This document shows positions 19,884 through 30,255 of a stretch of 64,000 bases of DNA, piece after piece (the first letter of the stretch is position 1; the number at the start of each line of letters is the position of its first letter). Where the stretch lies: contig OZ244650.1 of NCBI GenBank assembly GCA_965218785.1, positions 1,792,001 to 1,856,000 of the forward strand, read 5' to 3'. The position numbers were made by a program, and so were the translations under genes. The DNA comes from Nitrosopumilus sp. (GTDB lineage Archaea > Thermoproteota > Nitrososphaeria > Nitrososphaerales > Nitrosopumilaceae). The notes beneath the pieces are model-generated. The model was not told the origin of the DNA. It worked only from the letters and a program-made list of their open reading frames with translations, and made no database searches.

Positions 19884-20618
19884 ATGATGGTTTCAGGTTG
19901 GAATAAGAGGTATTTGGATATTTTAAGGGAATTCAAGTATAGCGGGGAAAAAGACAGGGAATCGGCCATCCTGTTGAATTCAATACTGCGAAATTCTGAC
20001 GGTGAGAGAAAAATTATCAATTTGCTCAAAGCAAGGACTGTCTTTGTAATAGGTTCCGGTCCCTCCCTGTCAACTGCGATTAAAAAATTACAAAATTACA
20101 AAAGCGCAATAAAAATTGCAGCAGATAGCTCAGTTAAAGCACTGATAGAAAATGGAATCATTCCAGATATTGTTGTTACTGACTTGGATGGGGACATGGA
20201 GGCATTAAGGAAAATCGCAAAAACAAAATCGATGTTTGTCGTACATGCGCACGGGGACAATATGGAAAAGCTGGAATTGGCAAAAAAATTCAGGAACTGT
20301 ATTGGTACGACCCAGTCAAAACCTCTTGGCAGGCTTCAAAATTACGGGGGATTTACTGACGGGGACAGGGGGGTTTTTCTAGCCAGTCATTATGGTGCAA
20401 GGAAAATTATTCTGTTCGGGATGGATTTCGGAGATCGAATTGGAAGATTTTCAAATACAAAAAGATCAGAGAGGAAGATAAAACTGATGAAGTTAAAAAG
20501 GGGCGGGGCGCTGTTGGAATGGCTTTCAACTACTACAAAGTCCGAATTATTTACCACGTCAAGGCCGATCAGGGGGTTTAAAAAAATATCCTACAAAGAA
20601 CTAGATGCTGCCATCTAG
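19884..20618 (+). CDS. mptE: 6-hydroxymethyl-7,8-dihydropterin pyrophosphokinase MptE-like (DUF115)
   Basis: GSGPSL, VTDLDG, HAHGDN, GGFTDGDR, GMDFG. Confidence 0.88.
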   Translation: MMVSGWNKRYLDILREFKYSGEKDRESAILLNSILRNSDGERKIINLLKARTVFVIGSGPSLSTAIKKLQNYKSAIKIAADSSVKALIENGIIPDIVVTDLDGDMEALRKIAKTKSMFVVHAHGDNMEKLELAKKFRNCIGTTQSKPLGRLQNYGGFTDGDRGVFLASHYGARKIILFGMDFGDRIGRFSNTKRSERKIKLMKLKRGGALLEWLSTTTKSELFTTSRPIRGFKKISYKELDAAI

Positions 20619-20654
20619 AATGCATTTAATACCCATTCCCTCATTAATCAGATT

Positions 20655-21227
20655 ATGAAATTTACCGAAGAGCAGGTCAAAGATATCGTCACCCTGAAGG
20701 AAAATTTGAACCGGCAAATCAGCAAGCATCAGAAAAATATAGTAATGTTGGAAAAAAACCTCGTAATTTTAGATCTGGTCTTAAAGGAATCCAGTTACAC
20801 AAAAGCCTCACAGCTAGAAAGGAAAAAAACGGAAATTCAAAACAAGGCAGAGACCACGCAAAAGCCTGCAGAAAATTCCATTCCAATTACAAGGGGAAAT
20901 GATGGCAAGGTAATTGCCAATGCATTTGTCACGCCAGAACAGGTTTCTATAATTTTAGATGATGCAATCGAGATTAGCGATGAGACGCCTCCATTCAAAT
21001 CGTTCTTCTTAGATAGAGTCATCGGAGAGATGAAGAAGAAGGATTTCGCAGAGGTGGAAAACGGGAAAATCCAGAAGGAATCAATCATTGACTTTGTTAT
21101 AAACAAGAATGGCTCGGACATGAGGGAGATTATTATCAAAAATTACAGGCAAAAGGAGAGAGTAAGTGAATTGATCAATACGGCAGGCTGGTCACTAACA
21201 CGAATGCTTGAAAACATCAACAAGTGA
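20655..21227 (+). CDS. conserved hypothetical protein with N-terminal coiled coil
   Basis: Clean 190-aa ORF in operon with guaA. Confidence 0.75.
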   Translation: MKFTEEQVKDIVTLKENLNRQISKHQKNIVMLEKNLVILDLVLKESSYTKASQLERKKTEIQNKAETTQKPAENSIPITRGNDGKVIANAFVTPEQVSIILDDAIEISDETPPFKSFFLDRVIGEMKKKDFAEVENGKIQKESIIDFVINKNGSDMREIIIKNYRQKERVSELINTAGWSLTRMLENINK

Positions 21228-21231
21228 TGAT

Positions 21232-22755
21232 ATGGACAAAATTCTAGTTTTAGATTTTGGATCACAGTACAGCCATTTAATTTGTAGAAGAATCAGGGAA
21301 TTTTCCGTTTATGCCGAACTTGTTCCCTTTGATATCAGTTATGAGGAATTACAAAAACATGATCCAAAGGGAATAATTTTTTCAGGAGGCCCGTCAAGTA
21401 TTTACAATTCAGACGCACCGCTTCCGGACAGTAAAGTTTTTGAGATGAATTTACCATTGCTTGGAATTTGCTACGGTCATCAACTGATTGTAGACAGGTA
21501 TGGCGGAAAAGTAAAAAAGGCAAACAAGGAATACGGTTCATCCTTACTTACGATTGATAATGACGGGGATCTACTAAACGGTATAGGGGAATCAGTCAGG
21601 GCATGGATGAGTCATGGTGACGAAGCAGAAGAAATCCCGCCAAAATTTCAGGTCATAGCACATACGGAAAGTGCAAAAGCTGCGGCAATTGCATTAGAGG
21701 AAAAATCAGTTTATGGCATCCAGTTTCATCCAGAAGTAGTGCATACAGAGCATGGTACAGAGATTCTGAAGAATTTTGTTTTAAAAGTGTGCGGGGCAAG
21801 ACAGGATTGGACCATGGAGGGTTTTGTCAAGACGGCCGTGGAAAAAATCTCAAAGATAAAAGGAAACGTACTTTGTGGGGTCAGCGGAGGCATAGATTCA
21901 ACGGTAGCTGCGCTGATAATCCACAGGGCCATCGGAGACAGGCTAAAGTGTGTTTTTGTAAATAATGGTTTGCTGCGACTAGATGAGGAGACGGAGATTG
22001 AGGCGATGTTCAAAGACAACTTTAATGTGAATTTTACAGCAGTCAATGCGGCTGATGAATTTCTGGGAAAGCTTCAGGGAATCGAGGATCCCGAGGAAAA
22101 AAGAAAGATTGTCGGGGAGGAATTCGTCCGTGTTTTTACCGAATTTGCTGAAAAAAACGGCCCCTTCAAATGGCTGGCTCAGGGCACGCTTTATCCAGAT
22201 GTGATTGAGAGCGGGGTATCAAAAGGACCTGCAGCAGTAATAAAATCCCATCACAATGTAGGCGGATTGCCAGACTGGCTTGATTTGGATATTTTAGAAC
22301 CGTTAAGGGAGTTATACAAAGACGAGGTAAGAAAGATGGCAAAAATTCTCAAGGTTCCAGAAAACCTTCTGATGAGACACCCGTTTCCCGGCCCGGGTTT
22401 GGCCGTAAGAGTGATGGGAAAAGTGACTCCGGCAAAGCTGCATATTGCCAGGGTGGCAGGTAAGATTGTCGAGGATGAACTGATGAAGGCAGGCTGGTAT
22501 GAGAAGATTTGGCAGGCTTTTGCCGCAGTCGGAGATGACAAGGCAGTCGGCGTGGTAGGAGACAAAAGAAGATATGGGAATGTTGTAATGATACGAGTTG
22601 TGGACTCTGTTGATGCAATGACTGCGGATTGGACGAGACTTCCACACGGTGTTTTGGAAAAAATAAGCAATAGAATTACAAATGAGATTGAAGACGTTAC
22701 ATGGGTGAGTTATGTGATTTCAAGCAAGCCGCCTGCAACAATCGAGCCGCAATAG
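21232..22755 (+). CDS. guaA: GMP synthase (glutamine-hydrolysing)
   Basis: DFGSQY, GICYGHQ, QFHPEV, SGGIDS, IKSHHNV, KPPATIE. Confidence 0.97.
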   Translation: MDKILVLDFGSQYSHLICRRIREFSVYAELVPFDISYEELQKHDPKGIIFSGGPSSIYNSDAPLPDSKVFEMNLPLLGICYGHQLIVDRYGGKVKKANKEYGSSLLTIDNDGDLLNGIGESVRAWMSHGDEAEEIPPKFQVIAHTESAKAAAIALEEKSVYGIQFHPEVVHTEHGTEILKNFVLKVCGARQDWTMEGFVKTAVEKISKIKGNVLCGVSGGIDSTVAALIIHRAIGDRLKCVFVNNGLLRLDEETEIEAMFKDNFNVNFTAVNAADEFLGKLQGIEDPEEKRKIVGEEFVRVFTEFAEKNGPFKWLAQGTLYPDVIESGVSKGPAAVIKSHHNVGGLPDWLDLDILEPLRELYKDEVRKMAKILKVPENLLMRHPFPGPGLAVRVMGKVTPAKLHIARVAGKIVEDELMKAGWYEKIWQAFAAVGDDKAVGVVGDKRRYGNVVMIRVVDSVDAMTADWTRLPHGVLEKISNRITNEIEDVTWVSYVISSKPPATIEPQ

Positions 22756-22763
22756 GAGAAGAT

Positions 22764-23117
22764 ATGGAATACGAAAAAATCTGTGATGAAATTTTAGGAT
22801 GTGATGAGAAGATCAGATATGTGGGCGTGTATGATTATGGCGAGCTATATGATAAAATGAGGCAGGGACTGAAGAATCATCTATCAAGGGCAGAAACAGA
22901 GTTGTCCTTATCTCAGGCAGTTTACAGGTGGTCTACACGTAAAAAAACTGCAGAAAAGACCGGGAGGCCTATTTTCGCATTAGCAAAATATGAAAAAATT
23001 TACCGGGTGACCATCCCCATAGGAGGGGCGGGATTAATTTTGATTAGTACCGAGTTAAATGCAGACATAATTGAAATTGTTGATAAGGTTTTGAAGATAA
23101 AAGACGGGTTTTCCTAA
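22764..23117 (+). CDS. small roadblock/GAF-like thaumarchaeal hypothetical protein
   Basis: CDEILGCDEKIRYVGV...YEKIYRVTIP pattern. Confidence 0.7.
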   Translation: MEYEKICDEILGCDEKIRYVGVYDYGELYDKMRQGLKNHLSRAETELSLSQAVYRWSTRKKTAEKTGRPIFALAKYEKIYRVTIPIGGAGLILISTELNADIIEIVDKVLKIKDGFS

Positions 23118-23134
23118 TGTGAAATGAAATCTCA

Positions 23135-24004
23135 TCAGAGCAAGCATGCTCCAAAAACTCCGGCAGAATCGCCTAGTTTATTTTTCAGGATCGGAGTATC
23201 AATCGAGTCTGAAAAAACTTTGCTGTAAACTGACTCTTTTCCTTCGGTATATAAAAAATCAATATTGGATAGACCGCCGCCCATGACTATTACATCAGGA
23301 TCCAAGATGTCTATAACATTGGCAAGGCCGTATCCGAAATTTTCTAAAAATTCATTTTTCCATCTTCGGCCAATTTCATTGTCGATGCTAGTAAGGATTT
23401 CAGGCAGGGATATTGATTTTCCAGACAATGCCGCCCATTGTTTTTCTAATGAAGGGCCGCTGATACAAGTCTCCACGCATCCTGCCTTGCCACAATAACA
23501 GGGATTTCCATTACGATGCAGGGTGTGATGTCCCCATTCTCCGGCGATGTTGGTTCTGCCAGAATAAAGTTTGCCGTTAATTACAATCCCGCCGCCGACA
23601 CCCGTACCCATGATTACGCCAAATACTGAATCAAATCCGGCTGCAGCACCCATTTTAGCTTCGGCCATGGCAAAGCAATTGGCATCATTTTCCATCGAGA
23701 TTTTTTTCCCCAGTTTCTCCTCCAGATCCTCTTTTAACGGCTTTCCAATCAGACATTGGGTATTACTATTTTTGATCAGGCCCGTTTTTTTGGAAATTGC
23801 ACCGGGAGTGCAAATGCCTAAGGAAAAATCAGCGATGTCTTTAGAAACATCTAAAATCAGAGACGAGATGGCATCAATGATTTTGTGATAATCATTTTGT
23901 GGAGTCGGGATTCTTTTTCTTTCTAAAACATCCAGATTTTCATCAAGTAGGACAGCTTCTATTTTTGTCCCACCTAGATCAACGCCTATTTTATTTAACA
24001 ACAA
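23135..24004 (-). CDS. ROK family sugar kinase
   Basis: GVDLGGTKI, ENDANCFA, GTGVGGG, GEWGH, CYCGKAGCVE. Confidence 0.93.
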   Translation of the reverse strand: MLLNKIGVDLGGTKIEAVLLDENLDVLERKRIPTPQNDYHKIIDAISSLILDVSKDIADFSLGICTPGAISKKTGLIKNSNTQCLIGKPLKEDLEEKLGKKISMENDANCFAMAEAKMGAAAGFDSVFGVIMGTGVGGGIVINGKLYSGRTNIAGEWGHHTLHRNGNPCYCGKAGCVETCISGPSLEKQWAALSGKSISLPEILTSIDNEIGRRWKNEFLENFGYGLANVIDILDPDVIVMGGGLSNIDFLYTEGKESVYSKVFSDSIDTPILKNKLGDSAGVFGACLL

Positions 24005-24028
24005 TTTATGAAAACTAGAGGGTTTGTC

Positions 24029-25651
24029 TTATCCCATTGGAGGCATGCCGCCGCCGCCCGGAGCTCCGGATATGGCAATTACATCGTCTATTCTGAGAAT
24101 CATGCACGCCGCCTCGGTTGCAGACTTTATAATCTGTTCTTTGACTACGGTTGGTTCTATAACGTTGATTGTCAGCATATCTGCAATCTTTGTATTTTTA
24201 GCATCAATACCAGTCCATTTATGACCCTGATTCTGTTTTGCCCGCAGGTTGGCCATCGTATCAATTGGATCCATTCCGGCATTTTCAGCAATAGTTAACG
24301 GGATTGTTTCTAATGCTTCGGCGTATTTTTTTATTGCAAGTTGTTCTCTTCCATCAAAATTATCAGCCCAGTCCTTGAGTTGTGAGGCTGCAAATGATTC
24401 AGGCGCGCCTCCACCGGCAACAATTTCCGGCTTTTCAATCACGTCTTTTACGACCATCAAGGAGTCATGTATTGAACGATCAACCTCATCAATTACTCTT
24501 TGAGAGCCGCCGCGGATCAGCAGTGTAACAGATTGCGGATGTTTGCAGCCTTCTACAAACACCCATTTGTCAGATTCAACCTTTTTTTGTTGAACTAGAT
24601 CAGCATGACCTAGATCGTTTTCTGAGAGATCATCTAGATTACTAATTACATGTCCATCCGTGGCTTTGGAGAGTTTAATCATATCACTTTCTTTAACACG
24701 ACGGACTGCCAGAATACCGTACTTTGCAAGATAGTGTTGTGCAATATCATCAATTCCTTTTTGACAAATCAGGACATTAACACCGGCATCATGTAGTTTG
24801 TCAACCATGGTCTTTAGCATTCTATTTTCTTCCTCCAGGAACATCTGCATCTGGGTGGGATCAGTAATCCTAATTTCAGAACTCATCTCTGTTTTTTCAA
24901 TTTCTAATGCTGAATTTATCAATGCAATTTTTGCTTTTTCAATCTTTGTAGGCATTCCACTGTGAACGATTTCCTTGTCTAAAACAATGCCCTTGATAAC
25001 TCGAGTGTCTTGAATTGAGCCGCCTGCCTTTTTTTCAACCTTGATATTTTCAAGATCCACGCTGTAATTATCGTCTTTTTTGGTTACAATACTAAAGATT
25101 GCATCAACGATAATTTTTGATAATATGTCGCTATCTTCAGAAATTAATTTGGATTGCATGCTAGTTGTTGCAACTTTAAGAAGGGATTCCTTATCATCGG
25201 GTTGAATCTTTTTTGATAATTGGGAGTAAATTTCAAGGGTCTTTTCAGCAGCTGCCTGATAGCCCTCAACAATAGTCGAAGAATGAACCTCTTTTTTGAG
25301 CAAATCTTCTGCCTTTGCCAATAATGCGCCTGCAAAAACGACGGAAGATGTTGTGCCATCGCCTACTTCGTTATCCACGGTCTTGGAAATCTCGACTATC
25401 ATTTTGGCCGCAGGGTGCTGAACGTCAATTTCCTTTAAGATTGTGGCACCATCATTTGTAATGGTAACATCACCCAAAGAGTCAACTAGCATTTTATCTA
25501 GGCCTCTAGGTCCAAGACTGCTTTTGACTAGTTCGGCAACTAGTTTTGCTGCGGCAATATTGTTTTGTTGAGCGTCCTTGCCTTTTTGCTGTAATGCGCT
25601 CTCTTTGAGAACTAAAACAGGTCCATTTGGGCCTTGTTGGATTGATGCCAT
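24029..25651 (-). CDS. thermosome (group II chaperonin) subunit
   Basis: [26 protein letters not shown]-like tail. Confidence 0.97.
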   Translation of the reverse strand: MASIQQGPNGPVLVLKESALQQKGKDAQQNNIAAAKLVAELVKSSLGPRGLDKMLVDSLGDVTITNDGATILKEIDVQHPAAKMIVEISKTVDNEVGDGTTSSVVFAGALLAKAEDLLKKEVHSSTIVEGYQAAAEKTLEIYSQLSKKIQPDDKESLLKVATTSMQSKLISEDSDILSKIIVDAIFSIVTKKDDNYSVDLENIKVEKKAGGSIQDTRVIKGIVLDKEIVHSGMPTKIEKAKIALINSALEIEKTEMSSEIRITDPTQMQMFLEEENRMLKTMVDKLHDAGVNVLICQKGIDDIAQHYLAKYGILAVRRVKESDMIKLSKATDGHVISNLDDLSENDLGHADLVQQKKVESDKWVFVEGCKHPQSVTLLIRGGSQRVIDEVDRSIHDSLMVVKDVIEKPEIVAGGGAPESFAASQLKDWADNFDGREQLAIKKYAEALETIPLTIAENAGMDPIDTMANLRAKQNQGHKWTGIDAKNTKIADMLTINVIEPTVVKEQIIKSATEAACMILRIDDVIAISGAPGGGGMPPMG

Positions 25652-25695
25652 TTAGATTCAGCTTGATCCCATAAAACCCCCCTTTTTAATATTAC

Positions 25696-27453
25696 TTAGT
25701 TGATCGGGTCAAGATAACATCGTTTTTTCACATCTACAATTCCGCCTGAGAGAATTCTAACAGATGGCAGAGCCAGGAATGGCAGGAATAGGGGAATAAG
25801 ATGAGGTCTGGTAAACTTGCATCCTGAATCCACAATAGATCGGTTGATTCTTTTAAAATTGGCTGAAACCTCTTCAAATGAATCAGTTGAGATGATTCCT
25901 CCAAATTGCAAGGGCATTGAGGCCAGAATTTTGCCTGATTTGGCCACGGCAAGACCCCCCTGGTTCTTGATGAGATGGTTTGAGACTAGTGCCATATCAG
26001 AGTCATTGGAGCCTATCACGATCATGTCATTTTCATGAAAACTCCAGGTTGAAGCAAATGCCCCGATATCAGCTCCAAAATTTTCTAGAAATCCAATACT
26101 ATATCTGGATGTTCCATGAGTTCTATCAAATGCGGCAACTTTCCATACATCCGAATCTAAAGAGGCAGAAATATGACCGTCCTTGGGATGCAGCTGGGCG
26201 GATCCAATTTTTGTAATTATTTCAGTCTGCAGAAATATTGTATTTGCCAGAACGTCTTTCTTTCTTGATTTGACAAGAAAATCATCTTTTGAGAATTTTT
26301 TCAGTTTGACGGTTTTTTTAATCCAGGACGGAATTGTTTTTTTCCTGAAAGGTACGACAAGGCGCCCATTTGAAACCACGAGCTTTCCACCCACAAAGAC
26401 TTGGGTTGGTTTGAATGATTTCAAGTCGTTAAAAATTAGAATGTCTGCCAGTTTTCCAGGTGCTATTCCGCCAAGATCTTTTCCCATGTTGTAATAGTCA
26501 AAATTATTCTTGGATGCCATTGTAACTGCATCTATGGGCTTGAGACCAAGTTTGATTGATTCCCTTATGCAGTGATCAATATGGCCGAATTTTACAATAT
26601 CTAATGGATCAAGACCGTCAGAACAGAACATTAGGCGATTAAGATAGGTTCCATGTGTTAGGAGACGTGGAATAATTTCCTTCAAGTCACGTCTTATCGA
26701 GCCCTCCCGAATCATCACCCACATTCCAAGACGCAGCCGTTCTAGGACCTGATCAAAATTAATCGGCTCATGACAGGAGAGTATCCCTGATGAAACATAT
26801 GCGTTGAGTTTTTTTTCACTCATGCCTGCAGTATGTCCATTAATTATACAGTCACCCTCCAACATGGTACAAAGGGATTTCATTGTTTTAGGTTCGCGTA
26901 AAATAACTTTGGTCCATGAAAAGACTTCCCCCAAACCAAGAACGCCGGGATGCTTTATTGCAGATTTTTCTTGCGATAACGAGAGATGCCTGCTGTTACT
27001 GAATTTTGCATCCACCGGAAGACCTCCTGGAACCACTTGAAAAATCCTTATCGGCAGATCTTCCCCAAGCCTGAGAAATTCTTGAAAGCCTTTGTAGCCT
27101 GAAACACTGACAATATCAATTGGATCAGAAAAAAGGGAGGTAACGCCGCAAAGAAGCGCCTTTTTTGCAAATTCAGATGGCAGGACAAACTGGTCAATGT
27201 GCAAATGAGGATCAGCAAAGCCGGGACTGGCATACTTTCCACCCACATCAATAATTGCCGTTTTGGGACCCATTGCATGCATGGCATCCGGACCAACATA
27301 GGCAATTCTGTCATTAATTATGGCAATCTGGATTTTTGGAATGATCTCCTTGGTATATACGGACAGCAAGTTACAGTTTTTCAAAATCAGATCGGCTTTT
27401 TTTTCACCCATCGCTACAGAATTCAACGAATGGATCGAATGGGCCAGACTCAT
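25696..27453 (-). CDS. ade: adenine deaminase family amidohydrolase
   Basis: PGFADPHLHID, NGH, SCHE, MIREGS, FCSDG, adenine-deaminase C-terminal domain. Confidence 0.85.
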   Translation of the reverse strand: MSLAHSIHSLNSVAMGEKKADLILKNCNLLSVYTKEIIPKIQIAIINDRIAYVGPDAMHAMGPKTAIIDVGGKYASPGFADPHLHIDQFVLPSEFAKKALLCGVTSLFSDPIDIVSVSGYKGFQEFLRLGEDLPIRIFQVVPGGLPVDAKFSNSRHLSLSQEKSAIKHPGVLGLGEVFSWTKVILREPKTMKSLCTMLEGDCIINGHTAGMSEKKLNAYVSSGILSCHEPINFDQVLERLRLGMWVMIREGSIRRDLKEIIPRLLTHGTYLNRLMFCSDGLDPLDIVKFGHIDHCIRESIKLGLKPIDAVTMASKNNFDYYNMGKDLGGIAPGKLADILIFNDLKSFKPTQVFVGGKLVVSNGRLVVPFRKKTIPSWIKKTVKLKKFSKDDFLVKSRKKDVLANTIFLQTEIITKIGSAQLHPKDGHISASLDSDVWKVAAFDRTHGTSRYSIGFLENFGADIGAFASTWSFHENDMIVIGSNDSDMALVSNHLIKNQGGLAVAKSGKILASMPLQFGGIISTDSFEEVSANFKRINRSIVDSGCKFTRPHLIPLFLPFLALPSVRILSGGIVDVKKRCYLDPIN

Positions 27454-27523
27454 AGTTCCTAATTGGATTTTGCACCTATTATAGATTCAATGCTTAAATT
27501 ACGGTTGAAGAGGTTTTGTTGGT

Positions 27524-27805
27524 ATGAACATTCCCAAGGTGATCAGAAAGTATTGTGCAAAATGTAAAACACATACCGAACAAAAGGTCTCCATTTACAA
27601 GGCCGGAAAAAGACGCGGTTCTGCCAGAGGTGAGCGTCGACATGCAGAACGCAAACACGGGTACGGCGGGCAGAAATTCCCAAAACTGGCAAAACCGGCC
27701 AAAGTTACAAAGAAGGTTACTCCCATTATGACATGTACGGTATGCAAAAAGAAATACAACAAGCCGGGCATTAGAATTAAGAAATTTGAGTTGGTGGCAA
27801 CATGA
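27524..27805 (+). CDS. rpl44e: 50S ribosomal protein L44e
   Basis: YCAKCKTHT, GYGGQKFP, CTVC. Confidence 0.97.
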   Translation: MNIPKVIRKYCAKCKTHTEQKVSIYKAGKRRGSARGERRHAERKHGYGGQKFPKLAKPAKVTKKVTPIMTCTVCKKKYNKPGIRIKKFELVAT

Positions 27806-27999
27806 AAAAAGATCACGTGGAGATTCCAAAACCATCAAGCACGTTTCAAAAGGTCAATTGTAACGAGTGTGGTGAACTTCAAGTGGTCTATTCTCATGCA
27901 TCAACATTAGTTACATGTAACTCCTGTGGTAATACCATTGCAAAAGCAACAGGTTCCAAGGCAGAAATAAACGGCAAAATCTCAGGCAGTGCCGAGTAA
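27802..27999 (+). CDS. rps27e: 30S ribosomal protein S27e
   Basis: PSSTFQKVNCNEC...YSHA..VTCNSCG. Confidence 0.95.
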   Translation: MKKDHVEIPKPSSTFQKVNCNECGELQVVYSHASTLVTCNSCGNTIAKATGSKAEINGKISGSAE

Positions 28000-28566
28000 G
28001 TCATAGTCTTGTTTTGTATTTAGATTAAATGCGATCCTCTTATCATCAATTACAACATAAGATTCGTCCAAATTTTCAAGAGAGGAGATACTTTTGGAAT
28101 TTACCAGAGATATTCCAGTATAATGACATTTCTGATCTTCAAAATTGATTGAATAGTCAGACTTGATTCCAAGAGAGGTTAGAAATTTGTTTGTAACAAT
28201 AATGCTAGTCCAGATGTTCCGGGGATTGTATCGGGTGAGAATTTTTTGTATAATTTCTTCATCCAACAATGGCAGATCACCGGAAGTTACAAGGACGTCA
28301 TCATTGATGGTGTAAAGTACCGAATTTAGATCCTCGACATAGCCTGCTCCAGAGGTATCAAAAGTCGCAACGTCGTTTTCTTTGAGTAATTTTTTTGTTT
28401 TAGGTGAATTGGAGCTGGTAACTGCCAGAATTTCTGAAAAACGGTTTGAGTTTTTCAACGAGTCAACAACATGGAGGATTACCGGTTTTTTGTATCCGAG
28501 TAATAGTTTTTCACCATCCAGACTCATGCGGGTTCCTTTGCCACCTGCCATTACAATTCCAATCAT
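27982..28566 (-). CDS. cobY: adenosylcobinamide-phosphate guanylyltransferase (NTP transferase)
   Basis: MAGGKGTRM..EKLLL, GYVEDL, SGDLP, NLNT; cobalamin operon context. Confidence 0.85.
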   Translation of the reverse strand: MIGIVMAGGKGTRMSLDGEKLLLGYKKPVILHVVDSLKNSNRFSEILAVTSSNSPKTKKLLKENDVATFDTSGAGYVEDLNSVLYTINDDVLVTSGDLPLLDEEIIQKILTRYNPRNIWTSIIVTNKFLTSLGIKSDYSINFEDQKCHYTGISLVNSKSISSLENLDESYVVIDDKRIAFNLNTKQDYDLLGTA

Positions 28567-29291
28567 ATTGAGACAAACACCATCAATGAGGCCAGTCTTG
28601 CAAGTTCGTTGGTTGCACCAAGGACATCACCAGTGATTCCGCCAAAACTGCGAGTAGAGATTGCCAGCAGGAAAATTGTCAGAGTAACTGCAGCTGCGAG
28701 CATCACAAGTCCGGTAGTTCCACCAATAACGGCAACGGGAACAAGCATGATGATAAAAGCCGCGGCAAGCCTTCTCTTATCTTTCATTGCTGAGATGAAG
28801 GGGGAGTTTGAGCCCGGTGAGGCCGAGTTTCCCAGGCTGGCCATCAGCACCATTGAGAATTTGGCCAAAATTTCACTAATCAGAATTGCCCTGAACAAAT
28901 CAAACCCGTCTGTAAAAGAGATGGTGATTACCAGACCCATAAGATACAAGGCAGTTCCGGCAGTTCCGGCAGAACCGGTGGAAAGATCTTTCATTGCTTT
29001 TAGTTTTCTGTCTTTGCTGCCTTTGACCATAAGACCGTCTGCAAAATCAGCCAATCCATCTACATGATGAATTCCCGTTATAATTACAAGGGAAGCTGCC
29101 ACCAGCAGACTGACTAGCAGGGGATCTAAAAAGAAAGACAATCCAAAACCAAGCGAGCCGACTAAAAGTCCGATTACGATTCCGACAATCGGAAAAATGT
29201 ACATGTACTTTGCAGTGTTTTCTAGCGTGACATTTGATGATGATGGGAGGATGGTCAGAAAAGAAAAGACGGAACTGATTTCTTTAAGCAT
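28563..29291 (-). CDS. cobS: adenosylcobinamide-GDP ribazoletransferase
   Basis: FLTILP, TGIHHVDGLADFADG, MKD..GSAG, GGITGDVLGA. Confidence 0.95.
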   Translation of the reverse strand: MLKEISSVFSFLTILPSSSNVTLENTAKYMYIFPIVGIVIGLLVGSLGFGLSFFLDPLLVSLLVAASLVIITGIHHVDGLADFADGLMVKGSKDRKLKAMKDLSTGSAGTAGTALYLMGLVITISFTDGFDLFRAILISEILAKFSMVLMASLGNSASPGSNSPFISAMKDKRRLAAAFIIMLVPVAVIGGTTGLVMLAAAVTLTIFLLAISTRSFGGITGDVLGATNELARLASLMVFVSI

Positions 29292-30255
29292 GAATCCACC
29301 ATCCAATCACAGATAAAATAGAAATTATTGGAACGGTGATTATTCCAAAGAAAAGGATTGATGTTATCTTCATTATTGTAATTGCAGAGCAGACATGCTG
29401 TTTTGTTAGTGTGATTTTGCCATCACCTAATTCATAATGATTGATCTTTTCAAATTTTGTCCCAAGTGCGCCTGCAAATGCAGCCATGGGGTACCCGGCA
29501 TTGCAGCTTTCCGTGTTTTTACCATCACGCATCATTATTTTGTATGATTCCTTCCAATTATTTTGTAAAATAGCAGCCGAGATGATCACAAGTAATCCCG
29601 TGATTCTAGAGGGAATGTAATTTAAGATGGTGTCACATTTTGCCGCAAACCATCCGACATTTTTGAAGATATCAGTCTTGTATCCAATCATTGAATCAGC
29701 AGTATTGATAACCCTGTACACAAAGGCTCCAGGCAAGCCAAAAAGAGCATAATAAAAGAGAGGTCCGGTAACTCCATCAACGGTATTTTCGCTGATACTT
29801 TCAAGCACGCCTGAAATTACGTGGTTTTTGTCTAGGTTTTTGGTATTTCTCTTTACTATCATGGCCAGATTTGTTCGTGCAGAATCCAAATCGTCTTGTT
29901 CCAGGGAATTTACCACCGCTAGGGCAAAATGTTCCATGCCTCGAACTGCCACAGTAGTCTTGAGCAGGATTGCTCCAACTGCGACTGTAACGACTAGGAT
30001 TATCCAGTCAGTTGCAAGAAACGAGATCCCCAGATTTAAAGTTGAAAGCAACGCAGTGACGATTCCCACGGATATTACAATTACAAAAACCCCTCCAAGT
30101 TTTTCAACATATGCATTATGATTTTTAGCCAGCGGTGTCAGATTTGCAATTAGTGTGCCAATCCAGGAGGTGGGATGGTATTTATTTTTAGGATCCCCAA
30201 AAACAAAGTCCAATCCCAGGGCAAGGGCGGCAATTACTATGGATTCTAGAATCAT
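29284..30255 (-). CDS. cbiB: adenosylcobinamide-phosphate synthase
   Basis: GDP..HP, ESISENTVDG, YRVINTADSMIGY, NAGYPMAA. Confidence 0.95.
   Translation of the reverse strand: MILESIVIAALALGLDFVFGDPKNKYHPTSWIGTLIANLTPLAKNHNAYVEKLGGVFVIVISVGIVTALLSTLNLGISFLATDWIILVVTVAVGAILLKTTVAVRGMEHFALAVVNSLEQDDLDSARTNLAMIVKRNTKNLDKNHVISGVLESISENTVDGVTGPLFYYALFGLPGAFVYRVINTADSMIGYKTDIFKNVGWFAAKCDTILNYIPSRITGLLVIISAAILQNNWKESYKIMMRDGKNTESCNAGYPMAAFAGALGTKFEKINHYELGDGKITLTKQHVCSAITIMKITSILFFGIITVPIISILSVIGWWIHA

Noticed and set aside
19782-20029. Long head-to-head overlap of folP and the mptE-like gene
   Set aside because: Artefact of longest-ORF starts; probable starts are 19849 (-) and 19884 (+)
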